Part shown: positions 12,549 to 24,160 of the stretch, one piece after another
Position numbering within the stretch: position 1 is the first letter of the stretch
Layout of the letters: each line of letters begins with the position of its first letter
Source of the DNA: Candidatus Latescibacterota bacterium
GTDB taxonomy: Bacteria > Latescibacterota > UBA2968
Length of the DNA: 64,000 nucleotides
Assembly (NCBI GenBank): GCA_965204745.1
Contig: OZ242010.1
Location: 960,001 to 1,024,000 of the forward strand
Direction of reading: 5' to 3'
Program-made: the position numbers and the translations under genes
The notes under the pieces: generated by a model
Databases searched by the model: none
Seen by the model: the letters and a program-made list of their open reading frames with translations, nothing else
Told to the model about the DNA's origin: nothing

Positions 12549-12912
12549 TATGAAGGCATCCGTTGCGTTCTATTGTGATGTACTCGGATTCGAGGTGGTA
12601 CATTCTTATGAACCCGATGGGCATTTTTATTGGGCGTCTCTCGAATTGGGAGGCGCGAAACTCATGCTCAATGCCCGTTACGAAGACGACAAACGGCCCG
12701 CTGAACCCGAAGCGGATCGGATAAATGCACACGGAGATACAGAACTGTATTTTGAATGCGACAATGTGGCCGAGGTGTACACTTCAATCAAAAAGAGAGG
12801 CGTTGATCTCAGCCCGCCGGCAGAATCCAACTACGGGGCAATGGAAATCGAATTGCGAGACCCCGACGGCTTTGGCATATACTTTTTTCAACCGACAGAA
12901 CAGACCTTCTAA
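12508..12912 (+). CDS. VOC/glyoxalase/bleomycin-resistance family protein
   Basis: LTPLLQVYDMKASVAFYCDVLGF...LRDPDGF. Confidence 0.88.
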   Translation: MATKNLTPLLQVYDMKASVAFYCDVLGFEVVHSYEPDGHFYWASLELGGAKLMLNARYEDDKRPAEPEADRINAHGDTELYFECDNVAEVYTSIKKRGVDLSPPAESNYGAMEIELRDPDGFGIYFFQPTEQTF

Positions 12913-12940
12913 CGGGTTTTGAACAATAGGTCTCGATACC

Positions 12941-13876
12941 GTGATCCGCAATTTTCTCATCGTTGCCATTCGCAACACGATGCGCCGCAAGGGCTATGCG
13001 GCCATCAGTTTGGGCAGTTTGGTCATTGGGTTGACGTGTGCGATGCTCATCCTGCTCTCGGTTCGCTACGAGATGAGCTTCGACGCGTTTCGCCCGCATG
13101 CGGATCGCGTGTATCGCAAGGAACGGGATGCGCGTGGGCAAATCGAATGGCGCGGCGTGTTGCCCACCCAGGTCGCAACGCATTTGCGCGAGGAATACGC
13201 CGAGGTGGAGGCGGTTGTGCAGTTTCGGCGGATTACGTCCTGATTTCGCGTTGAGGGCCGGGTGTTTCAACACCGCCTTTGTCCCGCGCGTGGGGATGTC
13301 ATCGACTTTTTTGGGCTCGAGATCGTCCGCGGGGATGCCACCGCGCTCAACCGCGGGGATGCCGCCATCGTTTTGACCGAGAGCCTCGCGGCCAAACTCT
13401 TTGGGCAAACAGACCCCATCGGGCGCGTGGTCGAGGTGCAGCACGAGACCGCTGTGCAGTCTTTCGCCGTGGTTGGGGTGATGAAAGATCGCCCGCCCAA
13501 CACGCGCTTGGACTTTGACAGCGTGACCTTTTTCGCGTCCGATCTATGGGCCATCCGATCTGCGCCGATTTACGTGCGGATGCGTGCAGATGCCGATGTC
13601 GCCGCACTCGAGCGGGCGTTGGGCGAGCGATTTCCCGATGATTCGCAAGATGCGACCTATCATTTCCAAGCCCTGCCGCGCATCCATCTGTATTCCAAAC
13701 TCGATTTGGAGGGCTTTACCGGGGATTCGGGCATGCCGTACCGGGATGTCCGCGATTTGTATCCTCTGGCTGTTTTGGGATTGTGCATTTTGCTCATCGC
13801 CTGCATCAATTTCATGAATTTGGCGACCGCGCGTTCTGCCACGCGCGCCCGAGAGATTGGCTTGCGCCGAGAGTAA
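12941..13876 (+). pseudogene. MacB/FtsX-type ABC permease pseudogene (in-frame TGA at 13241, truncated at REIGLR)
   Basis: MIRNFLIVAIRN...; ORFs 12941 and 13262 share one frame; ends at IACINFMNLATARSATRAREIGLRRE*, well short of typical family length. Confidence 0.85.
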
Positions 13877-13927
13877 TGATCACCCGTTGCTTTCCACATG
13901 AGATGCCAAGCAAAGGATGCCAAAACA

Positions 13928-15040
13928 ATGGATAATTTGACGGTCATTGACTTGTTTAGCGGTTGTGGTGGCATGTCTTGGGGGCTTTCAAAGGCGGGTT
14001 TTGTGGTGCTTGCCGGCATTGATAATTGGGTGCCTGCACTCAATACGTTTCTTATGAATCATCCGGGTTCTCGAATCATCAATGGCGATATAACACGTCT
14101 TGATCCCGAAGATGTTATGGAGCAGTTGCATCTCAAAAAAGGAGAATTGGATTGTATTGCCGGCGGCCCTCCATGTCAGGGGTTTTCAAAAAATGTGCCA
14201 TCTTCGTATAGATTCTTAGAAGATCCAAGAAATCAACTCTTTAGAGATTTTCTCAGATTTGTTAAAATCCTATATCCCAAAACCGTGTGCATGGAAAATG
14301 TCGCGGAAATTTACAATGCCTATTCTGGAATCGTTCGCGATGAAGTCATCGGTATTCTGAATGCGGCGGGCTATGAGGTGGCGGTCAAGGTTATTTACGC
14401 GCCCGATTACGGGGTTCCACAAAAGCGGCGGCGGTGCTTCTTTTTTGCGTCGAGAACAGGTGTGTCGCCTTCGTTTTCTCCTCCTAAATTCGGGTCAGTT
14501 GAGAAATTGTCCCTTTGGCAACGTCATACAGCACAATATCGATCTGCTTGGTCGGCGTTATCCGATTTACCCGTTTTGGAAAATGGCGAAGGGTTTGAAC
14601 CTATGGCATACGACAAAGAACCCGAGAATGAATTTCAAAATCAGATGCGTGGCGATTCGACAAAACTTTACGATCACATCACGCGCAAATTGAGACCGAA
14701 GCAATTTTCGAGAATCGCCTCGCTAACCCCAGGTCAGGGTATCAAAGACCTGCCAGATCACCTAAGACCCAAGTCTGGATATAGTGGCGCGTATGGACGG
14801 TTGGATTGTGAAATGATTGCGCCAACGATCACGCGATGGGTATTTCATCCGGGGTCGGGGAGATTTTGCCACCCAAAAGAAATCCGCCTCATCACAATAC
14901 GAGAGGCGGCGCGGTTACAATCATTTTCTGACGATTTTAGATTTACGGGAACGTACATCCAAAAATCCCAACAAGTGGGCAATGCGGTTCTCCCTTTATT
15001 GATGGAGGCGTTCGCCGAAGATATTAGGCGGTGTTGTTGA
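13928..15040 (+). CDS. DNA (cytosine-5) methyltransferase
   Basis: DLFSGCGG, GGPPCQGFS, MENV, PQKRRR, REAARLQSF, QVGNAV; AT-richer than its flanks. Confidence 0.95.
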   Translation: MDNLTVIDLFSGCGGMSWGLSKAGFVVLAGIDNWVPALNTFLMNHPGSRIINGDITRLDPEDVMEQLHLKKGELDCIAGGPPCQGFSKNVPSSYRFLEDPRNQLFRDFLRFVKILYPKTVCMENVAEIYNAYSGIVRDEVIGILNAAGYEVAVKVIYAPDYGVPQKRRRCFFFASRTGVSPSFSPPKFGSVEKLSLWQRHTAQYRSAWSALSDLPVLENGEGFEPMAYDKEPENEFQNQMRGDSTKLYDHITRKLRPKQFSRIASLTPGQGIKDLPDHLRPKSGYSGAYGRLDCEMIAPTITRWVFHPGSGRFCHPKEIRLITIREAARLQSFSDDFRFTGTYIQKSQQVGNAVLPLLMEAFAEDIRRCC

Positions 15041-15397
15041 GTTGATCCAACAACAGATCGACAACCGCATCAATTGACAATCGCTTGGGTTCAATCGAAA
15101 AAATGTACGCGTTTTCCGGGAGAATAAATCTTTCAAAAAATTGTTTTTGATTGGGATACCATCGGAAAACACAAAATCCATCCTTTTTTTAATACCTTGA
15201 AGACCCGTTTTTGTTTCCGTAGTCCATCTCCATTCGAGCTCATCGGGGTTGTAATCTGATAGATCTTCTTCGAGAAAGGCATAGGTTTTGCGGTCTTTTG
15301 ATTTGTGGATTTCGCATTCAAAACCGAATGCTTCTTGATTCAGATTTTTTTTCGTTCTCAAGCGTTTGAGAACTTTTGCAAAAGCTTCGTTTATCAT
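15024..15397 (-). pseudogene. Remnant of an R-M controller (C) protein fused by deletion to a probable endonuclease C-terminus
   Basis: MINEAFAKVLKRLRTKKNLNQEAFGFECEIH is half an XRE HTH, followed by unrelated sequence and a frameshift in a T-run near 15185; convergent with the MTase. Confidence 0.6.
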
Positions 15398-15414
15398 AAT
15401 TGTGAACTTAGAAA

Positions 15415-15451
15415 ATTGAATACTATTAGTCCACAGCCTATAGTATTCAAT
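15415..15451 (-). promoter_or_regulatory. C-box operator
   Basis: 12-bp inverted repeat ATTGAATACTAT/ATAGTATTCAAT; minus strand reads TACTATAGGC-TGTG-GACTAATAGTA, just upstream of the C-gene ATG. Confidence 0.7.
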
Positions 15452-15502
15452 ACGATTGGATCAAATAACAGCGTCGTTCAATCTATTGAGAAAGGAATGG
15501 GT

Positions 15503-17194
15503 ATGACCACAACTGGAAGTTACAAGATCGCGGACCTCTGTGAGGCGGCGGCCGAGGGTGATGTGGGGAAAATGAGGCGGATTCTCGAGGTGCAACCCGA
15601 TCTGGTCAATGTTCACATGGCCGAAAGCGACGAGCATCGCGCCATTCACTATGCGGTCGTGAATGGGCACGCGGATGCGGTGCGCGTGCTGATGGAAGCG
15701 GGGGCCGATCACACGTCGGGCATCTATCCGCACCGCGATGCCACAGACGCGCTGACGATGGCGCGTGAACGCGGCCTGGACGATATCGTTCACATCTTGC
15801 AAGAAGAAGACGAAAGGCGCAAACTCGCGGCCTGCAAGAACATCACCATAACAAAAGAAAATGACGCGCTCTTCGAGGTGGTTCAAGAAGGGCGAGAGGC
15901 AGACGCGCTGGCGATTCTCGACCAACACCCGGATTTGCTCGACGCTTGCTATCGCAATGGCGGCAGTGTGATTCACGCGGCGGCCTCTCGCGGGCGTTAC
16001 CACCTCGTTCAGGAACTGCTCGAGCGCGGCGCGGACATCGCCCATCTCACCCCAGAAGGGCAATCGCCCCTCGATGGCGCGGTTCACAATATTCGCGGTC
16101 GCAACAGGCCGATTGACGAAGGGTGTTTGATTTGCGCGGGGATGCTCCTTCAGGCCGGTTGCACGCAATCGGTCGAATCGGCCATTGCACTCGGGGATTT
16201 CGACTTTGTCCGCGAATACGCAAAACAGCATCCCCAACGCTTTCAATCCAATGACAGGGACCGCGACGGGCTTTTGCAGATCGCGGTGCAAAACGACAAT
16301 GTCGATATGACGCGCTTGCTGCTCGACTTCGGCCTCGACCCGGACGACAAACACCAACTCCACCACTACGAATCCAAGCCCTATTCATGGGGGCAATCCC
16401 TCGCCCATGCCGCGGGCAACGCGCAGTACGAAATCGCCGAACTCTTGCTCGAGCGCGGCGCAGATCCCAATGCCAGCATTTATGCGAGCGGCAATCCGGT
16501 CGAGGCCGCGTACAACAACCGCGACGACGAAATGAAGGGCTTGCTGTTTCGATACGGCGGGGTTTTGACGCACATCACCGCCGGACTCGAAGGCGAGACC
16601 TCTGCGGCTGCGGTCGCGCTTCACAACGATCCATCGCTTGCCGAAAGGTTGCTGTGGGCGGCCGGGTGCGGGGGCGATCCCAATATCGTGGGGATGTGTT
16701 TGCGCCAACTCGACTGGCGACCCGATGACAACCGCTGGTTCGGCTTGCTCGAGCAACCGCTCCGCCTGTGGCGCGCTAGCCCCCATCGCAAATTCCGCGA
16801 CTTTGACCGCTCGGTCTATCCGGAGATTTTTCGCATGATCCTTGACCGCGGCGTTAGCCCCAATCTGATCGGGCGTTTCGGCTACCGCCTCGCGCATCGC
16901 TTGGCCGCGTGCGGCGTGGTTTGGGGGCAAACGATTATGACCGAACCCGAACGCATCGCCTTTGCGACCATTCTTCTCGACTGTGGCGCGGACCTCGATG
17001 TGACCGACGATCTCCTGCTGTCTTCCCCACTCGGATGGGCCGCGCGCTGGGGCAAGTACGACCTCGCGCGTCTCTATCTCGACCGCGGCGCGGACCCCAC
17101 TCTCGCAGGTGCCGAATGGGCAACCCCACTCGCTTGGGCGCAAAAAAAAGGGCATGACGACATTGCGGATCTCATCGGACGGTATGAGAAGTAG
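15503..17194 (+). CDS. Ankyrin-repeat protein
   Basis: Multiple ANK motifs: AIHYAVVNGHADAVRVLMEAGAD, SPLGWAARWGKYDLARLYLDRGADP. Confidence 0.92.
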   Translation: MTTTGSYKIADLCEAAAEGDVGKMRRILEVQPDLVNVHMAESDEHRAIHYAVVNGHADAVRVLMEAGADHTSGIYPHRDATDALTMARERGLDDIVHILQEEDERRKLAACKNITITKENDALFEVVQEGREADALAILDQHPDLLDACYRNGGSVIHAAASRGRYHLVQELLERGADIAHLTPEGQSPLDGAVHNIRGRNRPIDEGCLICAGMLLQAGCTQSVESAIALGDFDFVREYAKQHPQRFQSNDRDRDGLLQIAVQNDNVDMTRLLLDFGLDPDDKHQLHHYESKPYSWGQSLAHAAGNAQYEIAELLLERGADPNASIYASGNPVEAAYNNRDDEMKGLLFRYGGVLTHITAGLEGETSAAAVALHNDPSLAERLLWAAGCGGDPNIVGMCLRQLDWRPDDNRWFGLLEQPLRLWRASPHRKFRDFDRSVYPEIFRMILDRGVSPNLIGRFGYRLAHRLAACGVVWGQTIMTEPERIAFATILLDCGADLDVTDDLLLSSPLGWAARWGKYDLARLYLDRGADPTLAGAEWATPLAWAQKKGHDDIADLIGRYEK

Positions 17195-17243
17195 GGGGCA
17201 ACTATCGCCCATCCATGAGGACAGGCATGGGGCCTATCCCTAC
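17191..17243. repeat. GTAG-type REP-like element
   Basis: GTAGGGGGC...GGACAGGCATGGGGCCTATCCCTAC; related copies near 24244, 27217, 29585, 29664 and 57611. Confidence 0.6.
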
Positions 17244-17347
17244 GGCTGGTGGGAGGCGAGAAACGGGTGGTCACTTGGGATTAACGGCGGGATGGATTGA
17301 CGGGGGATGGGATGGGTGGAGGCCCTCTCCCGTCTTGCGCCTTATCT

Positions 17348-18661
17348 TTATTTCGCCACTATTTCGGTAAATCTGTCAATTAGGTAGGCGGGTATGTGGA
17401 TGATTTTTAGACCTTTAGGCGTCGTGAATTTTCCCGGCAGGTCGAGGTTGACGAGCATGCCCAAGTCGCTGCCGTGGCGTGCGGCGTATTCCGCGATGCC
17501 GCCCGTATCCCGAGGTCTCGTGACGAGCGACGCTTTGCATTCGATGGGCATGGTGTTGCCCAAGTTCGTGCGAAAGATAAAATCGACTTCGGAACTGTTG
17601 ACTCCCTTTTTCCATCCCGTCAGGTGTTGGCCTAATGCCACGAGTTCGGTTGCCAACATATTTTCCAAAATGCCCCCGAGTGGCGTGCGCTGGGCGGCGT
17701 CGAGGTTTGAGAGGAGGTCGATACGCGGCAGGGCGATCAGCCGCAGGTCATTTGCCAAGCCCGGATCGTAGAGATAGCGTTTGGGCGAAAAGTGTTGTCG
17801 TTCTGGGCGCGTGCCGCGGATTTCGCATTTGTGGATGAGTTTCCACGATTCGAGCAATTCCAAAAAATTGGGCACTTTTCTGTAAAGGGCCGATGTCGTG
17901 CGAACCATCTGGGCGTATTTGCTCGGGCTACCGAGGTTTGATGCGACGCCCCGCAAACACTGATCGAACAAAGAGGCTTCGGTTTCTGAAAAAATTCTGG
18001 CGAAGTCACTGCGATAGTCGAAATACAAATCCCGGCGTATTTGTCGCCAGTCCTGTTGGGCAAAAAACGACGACGCAACGGCTGGCAACCCGCCCACATC
18101 GAGATAGGCTTGCACGTATTTGAGAAGGCGTTCGTGTAAGAACAGCGGGATCTGGAAGGGGTCTTCAAAAGCGAGCAGTGTTTCCCGTTTTCCACAGCGC
18201 AGAAATTCTTTGAAGCTGAACGGTTGCAACAGGAATCGCGTGACCCTGCCCACTGGAAACCGCGTTTCCCGGCCGAAAATTCGGGTCATGGAACTGCCTG
18301 TGAGGATGACGGGTGTGTGTTGCCATTTTTCTTTCATAAATCGCACAAACCCGCCCAGGGCAGGGGCTTCTTGCGCTTCATCAATGCAGAGGACGCGCTG
18401 TCCGTCGCCTTTGAACTGGTGTGTGGTCACAAGATAGGTTTCAAAATCTGCGAAATCCCTACAGGAACTGAGGTCGTGAACCGCGCGGTTGTTTTCCTCT
18501 AAATTCAGGTAAAGCATTTCGCGGGCGAGTTTCGGTCTGATGGATTCTACCAGCGTGGTCTTGCCAACCTGCCGCGCACCTTCCAACAGGGCGACATTGG
18601 GATGCTCAACGCGATGGGTCAGATGTGCGATCAGGCGTTTTTCCAAATCTCTTTGTATCAT
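17348..18661 (-). CDS. AAA_14 ATPase with C-terminal DUF4143/PD-(D/E)XK-like domain
   Basis: EGARQVGKTT, IDEAQ, TGSS, PKRYLYDPGL, EVDF...PIECK. Confidence 0.9.
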   Translation of the reverse strand: MIQRDLEKRLIAHLTHRVEHPNVALLEGARQVGKTTLVESIRPKLAREMLYLNLEENNRAVHDLSSCRDFADFETYLVTTHQFKGDGQRVLCIDEAQEAPALGGFVRFMKEKWQHTPVILTGSSMTRIFGRETRFPVGRVTRFLLQPFSFKEFLRCGKRETLLAFEDPFQIPLFLHERLLKYVQAYLDVGGLPAVASSFFAQQDWRQIRRDLYFDYRSDFARIFSETEASLFDQCLRGVASNLGSPSKYAQMVRTTSALYRKVPNFLELLESWKLIHKCEIRGTRPERQHFSPKRYLYDPGLANDLRLIALPRIDLLSNLDAAQRTPLGGILENMLATELVALGQHLTGWKKGVNSSEVDFIFRTNLGNTMPIECKASLVTRPRDTGGIAEYAARHGSDLGMLVNLDLPGKFTTPKGLKIIHIPAYLIDRFTEIVAK

Positions 18662-18791
18662 GGTCTTATCACCCTTTGCATGGTTGCCATTTTTATTTTG
18701 ACAAAAATTAGCTAAAAATTGTCATGTTTTCAACAAAAATGAGCCGAAACAATGAAAATTTTCAAACAAGTGTCAGTTACCACCTCACCCA

Positions 18792-19007
18792 TCTCACGTC
18801 TCACGTCTCACGTCTCACGTCTCACGTCTCACGTCTCACGTCTCACGTCTCACGTCTCACGTCTCACGTCTCACGTCTCACGTCTCACGTCTCACGTCTC
18901 ACGTCTCACGTCTCACGTCTCACGTCTCACGTCTCACGTCTCACGTCTCACGTCTCACGTCTCACGTCTCACGTCTCACGTCTCACGTCTCACGTCTCAC
19001 GTCTCAC
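18792..19007. repeat. Perfect heptamer tandem repeat (TCTCACG), about 31 copies
   Basis: Read directly from the sequence; lies between divergent genes. Confidence 0.98.
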
Positions 19008-19111
19008 CTTTTACCGCTAACCGCATCGAAATTGTTTTCCAATGGCGTTTTCTTTTTGTACCATGAAAGCGATGTGTATCCACCATTTGAAAGTCCAAAA
19101 GGAGATGGCTT

Positions 19112-20053
19112 ATGATTCGCGTATTGATCGGCAGTCGAAATGGCGCGGAGGTCGAGGCGTTGTTGGATGACGCGCCGCCCGAAGCGAAGGTGGTATTTTT
19201 GCCCGAGGGCGAAAAGCAGATGGATTATCTGCCGGGGGTGGAAGTGCTTTTTGGGCGTCTTCCCGAATCCGAATTTGACGCGGCAGACGCGCTGAAGTGG
19301 GTTCAGCAACCCCACGCGGGTGCCGAGGGGCATTTGTACGAAAAGTTTAAGAACAGCGATATCGTCTTGACCAATGCGGGCGGGTTGTTCGGGCCGCAAA
19401 TTGCAGAGCATGCGTTCGCGCTTTTGTTGGCATTGACGCGGCGGATTCACACGCAGTTGGACTTTATGAAACGCAAACACTGGGAGCGCGTGCCGTGTTT
19501 GGAACTGGCCGGCATGACGATGGGCATCATCGGATTGGGGGGTATTGGGCGGGCTATCGCAGATCGCGCAAAAGCCTTTGAGTTCCGCGTGCTCGCGGTG
19601 GATCCCGAAGATATGGCTTGCCCGGACTCGGTCGATCACTTGGGAAAAATGGACGCTTTGCCCGACCTCATGGCGCAGTCCCAAGTGGTGATGAGCTGTT
19701 GCCCGAGCACGCCTGAGACGCACAAAATGATCTCTCGCGACATGTTTGACCGGTTGATGCCGGGCAGTTTTTTCATCAATGTCAGCCGGGGAAAGGTGGT
19801 GGATGAGGAGGCGATGATCGATGCGTTGCGGTCGGGCAAACTGGCGGGTGTTGGGCTGGACGTGACGTACACGGAGCCGTGCCCGGAGGACAGTCCTCTG
19901 TGGACCGAACCCAATGTGATTTTGACCTCGCACAGCGCGGGGTCTTCCCAACACATTCGGCGGCGTGCTCTAGCGCGGTTTGTGGATAATTTGCACCGAT
20001 ATGTGAAGGGCGAGGCGTTGTCCAATGTGGTGGATAAGGAGAAGGGATATTAG
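19112..20053 (+). CDS. D-2-hydroxyacid dehydrogenase family protein
   Basis: [34 protein letters not shown]. Confidence 0.93.
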   Translation: MIRVLIGSRNGAEVEALLDDAPPEAKVVFLPEGEKQMDYLPGVEVLFGRLPESEFDAADALKWVQQPHAGAEGHLYEKFKNSDIVLTNAGGLFGPQIAEHAFALLLALTRRIHTQLDFMKRKHWERVPCLELAGMTMGIIGLGGIGRAIADRAKAFEFRVLAVDPEDMACPDSVDHLGKMDALPDLMAQSQVVMSCCPSTPETHKMISRDMFDRLMPGSFFINVSRGKVVDEEAMIDALRSGKLAGVGLDVTYTEPCPEDSPLWTEPNVILTSHSAGSSQHIRRRALARFVDNLHRYVKGEALSNVVDKEKGY

Positions 20054-20072
20054 CGGGGTAGCAGGAAAGACA

Positions 20073-20099
20073 CTGGCCTCCAGCTTTCGCCGGAGTGAC
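20073..20099. repeat. Short palindromic REP-like hairpin between convergent genes
   Basis: CTCCAGCTTTCGCCGGAG stem-loop, resembling GTCATTCCCGCGAAAGCGGGAATC-type repeats. Confidence 0.45.
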
Positions 20100-20137
20100 A
20101 TCTGTTTGGCGATAAACCGAGTTGAAAGACGCCGGGT

Positions 20138-20866
20138 TCATTCACCTAAAAAAGATGTTTTCCAAAAGTTTGCAAAAGCGCGCGTGACCCAGGCCATCGG
20201 CTTTTGGGCAAGCGCGTTAAAACCGCCCCATGTCCAGCGCGTGGGGCGGTTTTTTTGTGTGGCTTGCTGAAATGCGGCGCGGCGGTCTGCGTCCAACCAA
20301 TCGAGCGCATTGGACATGTCGATCAACTCGCGTTCGTATTGCAATGAGACCATCGCCTGCATGTGTTGATCGACTTTGTCGGTTTCTTGCAATTTGGTTT
20401 TTGGACACACGGTGTACTGTTCTGTGGCTAAGAAAGCCGATACCCATTGCCACGGCACCTCGCCGTGGACAGCCGCGGCCGTGGCTTTGACCTGTGCCGC
20501 ATCGTTCAAGACCCCGTACGTGCGACACGTCAAGGGGCGCGCGGGATGGATTGAGCAACCGCCTGCATCGGTCAAAAACGGGCACCGCCGCGGGCGTTCT
20601 TCGACGATGTTCAGCAGTGCCCGCTGTTTTTTCGCGTCAAAATGCGAGCGCACGTAATCCACGATGTGGACGTATTCCACGGCGTAAAGCGGGTACATGG
20701 TTGCATAATTGTCCTCGTATTCGGCTTCTGTGAGTTCGCAACAACTCCCCGGCGCGTCGCACCCGGCGCACGATACCGCGGGAATGCGGGCGTACAAGGC
20801 GTTTAAGCGCGTGCGCGTTTGTTCGGGTAAAATTGGCGATGCGATTTGCAACAGGGAATTGCTCAC
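20138..20866 (-). CDS. YkgJ-family cysteine-cluster protein
   Basis: CAGC...SCC; CPFLTDAGGCSIHPARPLTCRTY. Confidence 0.85.
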   Translation of the reverse strand: MSNSLLQIASPILPEQTRTRLNALYARIPAVSCAGCDAPGSCCELTEAEYEDNYATMYPLYAVEYVHIVDYVRSHFDAKKQRALLNIVEERPRRCPFLTDAGGCSIHPARPLTCRTYGVLNDAAQVKATAAAVHGEVPWQWVSAFLATEQYTVCPKTKLQETDKVDQHMQAMVSLQYERELIDMSNALDWLDADRRAAFQQATQKNRPTRWTWGGFNALAQKPMAWVTRAFANFWKTSFLGE

Positions 20867-20878
20867 TTTCGCGCCTTT

Positions 20879-22710
<1,832 letters not shown>

Positions 22711-22715
22711 TGTTT

Positions 22716-22883
22716 GGTAAGAGGTAAAAGGTAAGAGGTAAGAGGTAAGAGGTAAGAGGTAAGAGGTGAAAGGTAAGAGGTAAGAGGTAAGAGGTAAGAG
22801 GTAAGAGGTGAAAGGTAAGAGGTAAGAGGTAAGAGGTAAGAGGTAAGAGGTGAAAGGTAAGAGGTAAGAGGTAAGAGGTAAGA
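22716..22883. repeat. Heptamer tandem repeat (GGTAAGA), 24 units with a 42-bp higher-order period
   Basis: Variant units at 22723, 22765, 22807 and 22849; abuts the IS110 end. Confidence 0.97.
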
Positions 22884-22898
22884 TACTCTCTTAAAAGG

Positions 22899-23906
22899 TC
22901 AAGGGGTTTTCGGGGTGATTCGATAGAATTTTTCGCCCTCAAAATCTTGGTCATGGCGCAACATGCCCCAGATCGAATGGAGCAACTTTCGCATCACCGC
23001 AACGATAGCCTGCAAAGGTTTCTTGCCGCGGGCGATGAGTTGGTCATAGAAGGCTTTGACATGGCCTTCGTGTCTGATGGCCACCCAGGCAGGCATATAG
23101 AGGGCATGGCGGAGGTACTTATTCCCGGTTTTCGAGATGCGTCTTTGTGGATTGGCGGTTCCGGATTGTTTGGGTTTGGGATCCAGGCCTGCATGTGCGA
23201 CCCACTGGGGCGGTTGCATCTCCTCTGGCAAAAGGGTCAACTCGGCCAAGAGCCGCAAGGCACTCGTTTGCGCGATGCCAGGCGTCGAGCAGAGGCGTTG
23301 GTAGGCACGCTTGAGGGGCTCATCGTGCAAAACGAGATCGAGGGCTTGGCTTTCCAAGTATGCAATCCGGCGTTTGAAGTGTCGAATATTCACCTGAATA
23401 TCGCGTGCGATGAGACGTGTGCTGCGGATGTGGTAGCTCTGCGCGTGGTTGCGGCTCTGTTCGCGGATGATCTCCTGCTTGAGTTGGTCAATGCGTCTGG
23501 TGAGGGCTTGCAGTTGAAGCCGTTGCTCGCTCGGCGCTTGCCAAGGCACAAAAGGCATGCGCTCGGCATAGTCGAGGATCAACAACGCATCCTTCGCATC
23601 CGTCTTCGCCCGTTGCATGCAGGCTTGGGCGTACTTGCTCATCGCTTTGGGATTGACGACCATGACCTTTGTGTGGCGATGCCGATGCAAGGCCAAGGCC
23701 ACCCCCAAACTGTAAAGCCCGGTCGCTTCGAGGCACACAGAGACCATGTGCCCGCCCTTCGTGAGCCACTTCAGCAACCGCTTATGCGCTTGGGGATCAT
23801 TGGCAAAGGTCGCTTGCATGACAGCTTGTCCGGGTCTGGACAGGGCAACGGACAACGTGCGGGCACTGACATCAATGCCGGCAAAAGCGGGGTGAGATTT
23901 CGACAT
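22899..23906 (-). CDS. IS110 DEDD recombinase/transposase
   Basis: AGIDVS, CLEATG, RAKTDAKDA (DEDD RuvC domain); QSG catalytic Ser; ISKTGNKYLRHALY; GGAGG RBS. Confidence 0.96.
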   Translation of the reverse strand: MSKSHPAFAGIDVSARTLSVALSRPGQAVMQATFANDPQAHKRLLKWLTKGGHMVSVCLEATGLYSLGVALALHRHRHTKVMVVNPKAMSKYAQACMQRAKTDAKDALLILDYAERMPFVPWQAPSEQRLQLQALTRRIDQLKQEIIREQSRNHAQSYHIRSTRLIARDIQVNIRHFKRRIAYLESQALDLVLHDEPLKRAYQRLCSTPGIAQTSALRLLAELTLLPEEMQPPQWVAHAGLDPKPKQSGTANPQRRISKTGNKYLRHALYMPAWVAIRHEGHVKAFYDQLIARGKKPLQAIVAVMRKLLHSIWGMLRHDQDFEGEKFYRITPKTP

Positions 23907-23959
23907 GGGGGCCTCCTGTGATGAGGGGGTTGTAAGGGATCTGGTGCGCGCTCGGGGTC

Positions 23960-24160
23960 GCGTCCCGACCATTGACGCCAAGTCTACCGGTCTTGTATAT
24001 GCAGCCTCAAGGGGCTTAGATACTCTTCGGCATAGACCCGGCGGTCGGGGGGCCTATCTTACCTACAAGGTCATCGCCTTCAAGAGGGGCCGGCCTTCCC
24101 CGAGCCGGGCATCAAGATGGCTTATCTCGATACGAGGGCGCAACTCCTAATTAACCCTTA
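23960..24160 (-). ncRNA. Bridge RNA (approximate bounds)
   Basis: Two internal loops with guides LTG 24083-91, RTG 24058-64, LDG 24018-26 and RDG 23992-98, matching the target and donor junctions. Confidence 0.85.

Noticed and set aside
13241-13243. In-frame TGA as selenocysteine or recoding
   Set aside because: The gene is also truncated, a TGG-to-TGA nonsense change is simpler, and TGA serves as a normal stop elsewhere in the window
18792-19007. CRISPR array
   Set aside because: No unique spacers in any repeat array and no cas genes in the window
18724-19066. ORFs of (SHVSRLT)n, and (LLPLTSY)n at 22619-22954
   Set aside because: Translations of heptamer DNA repeats that happen to lack stops; no support as proteins
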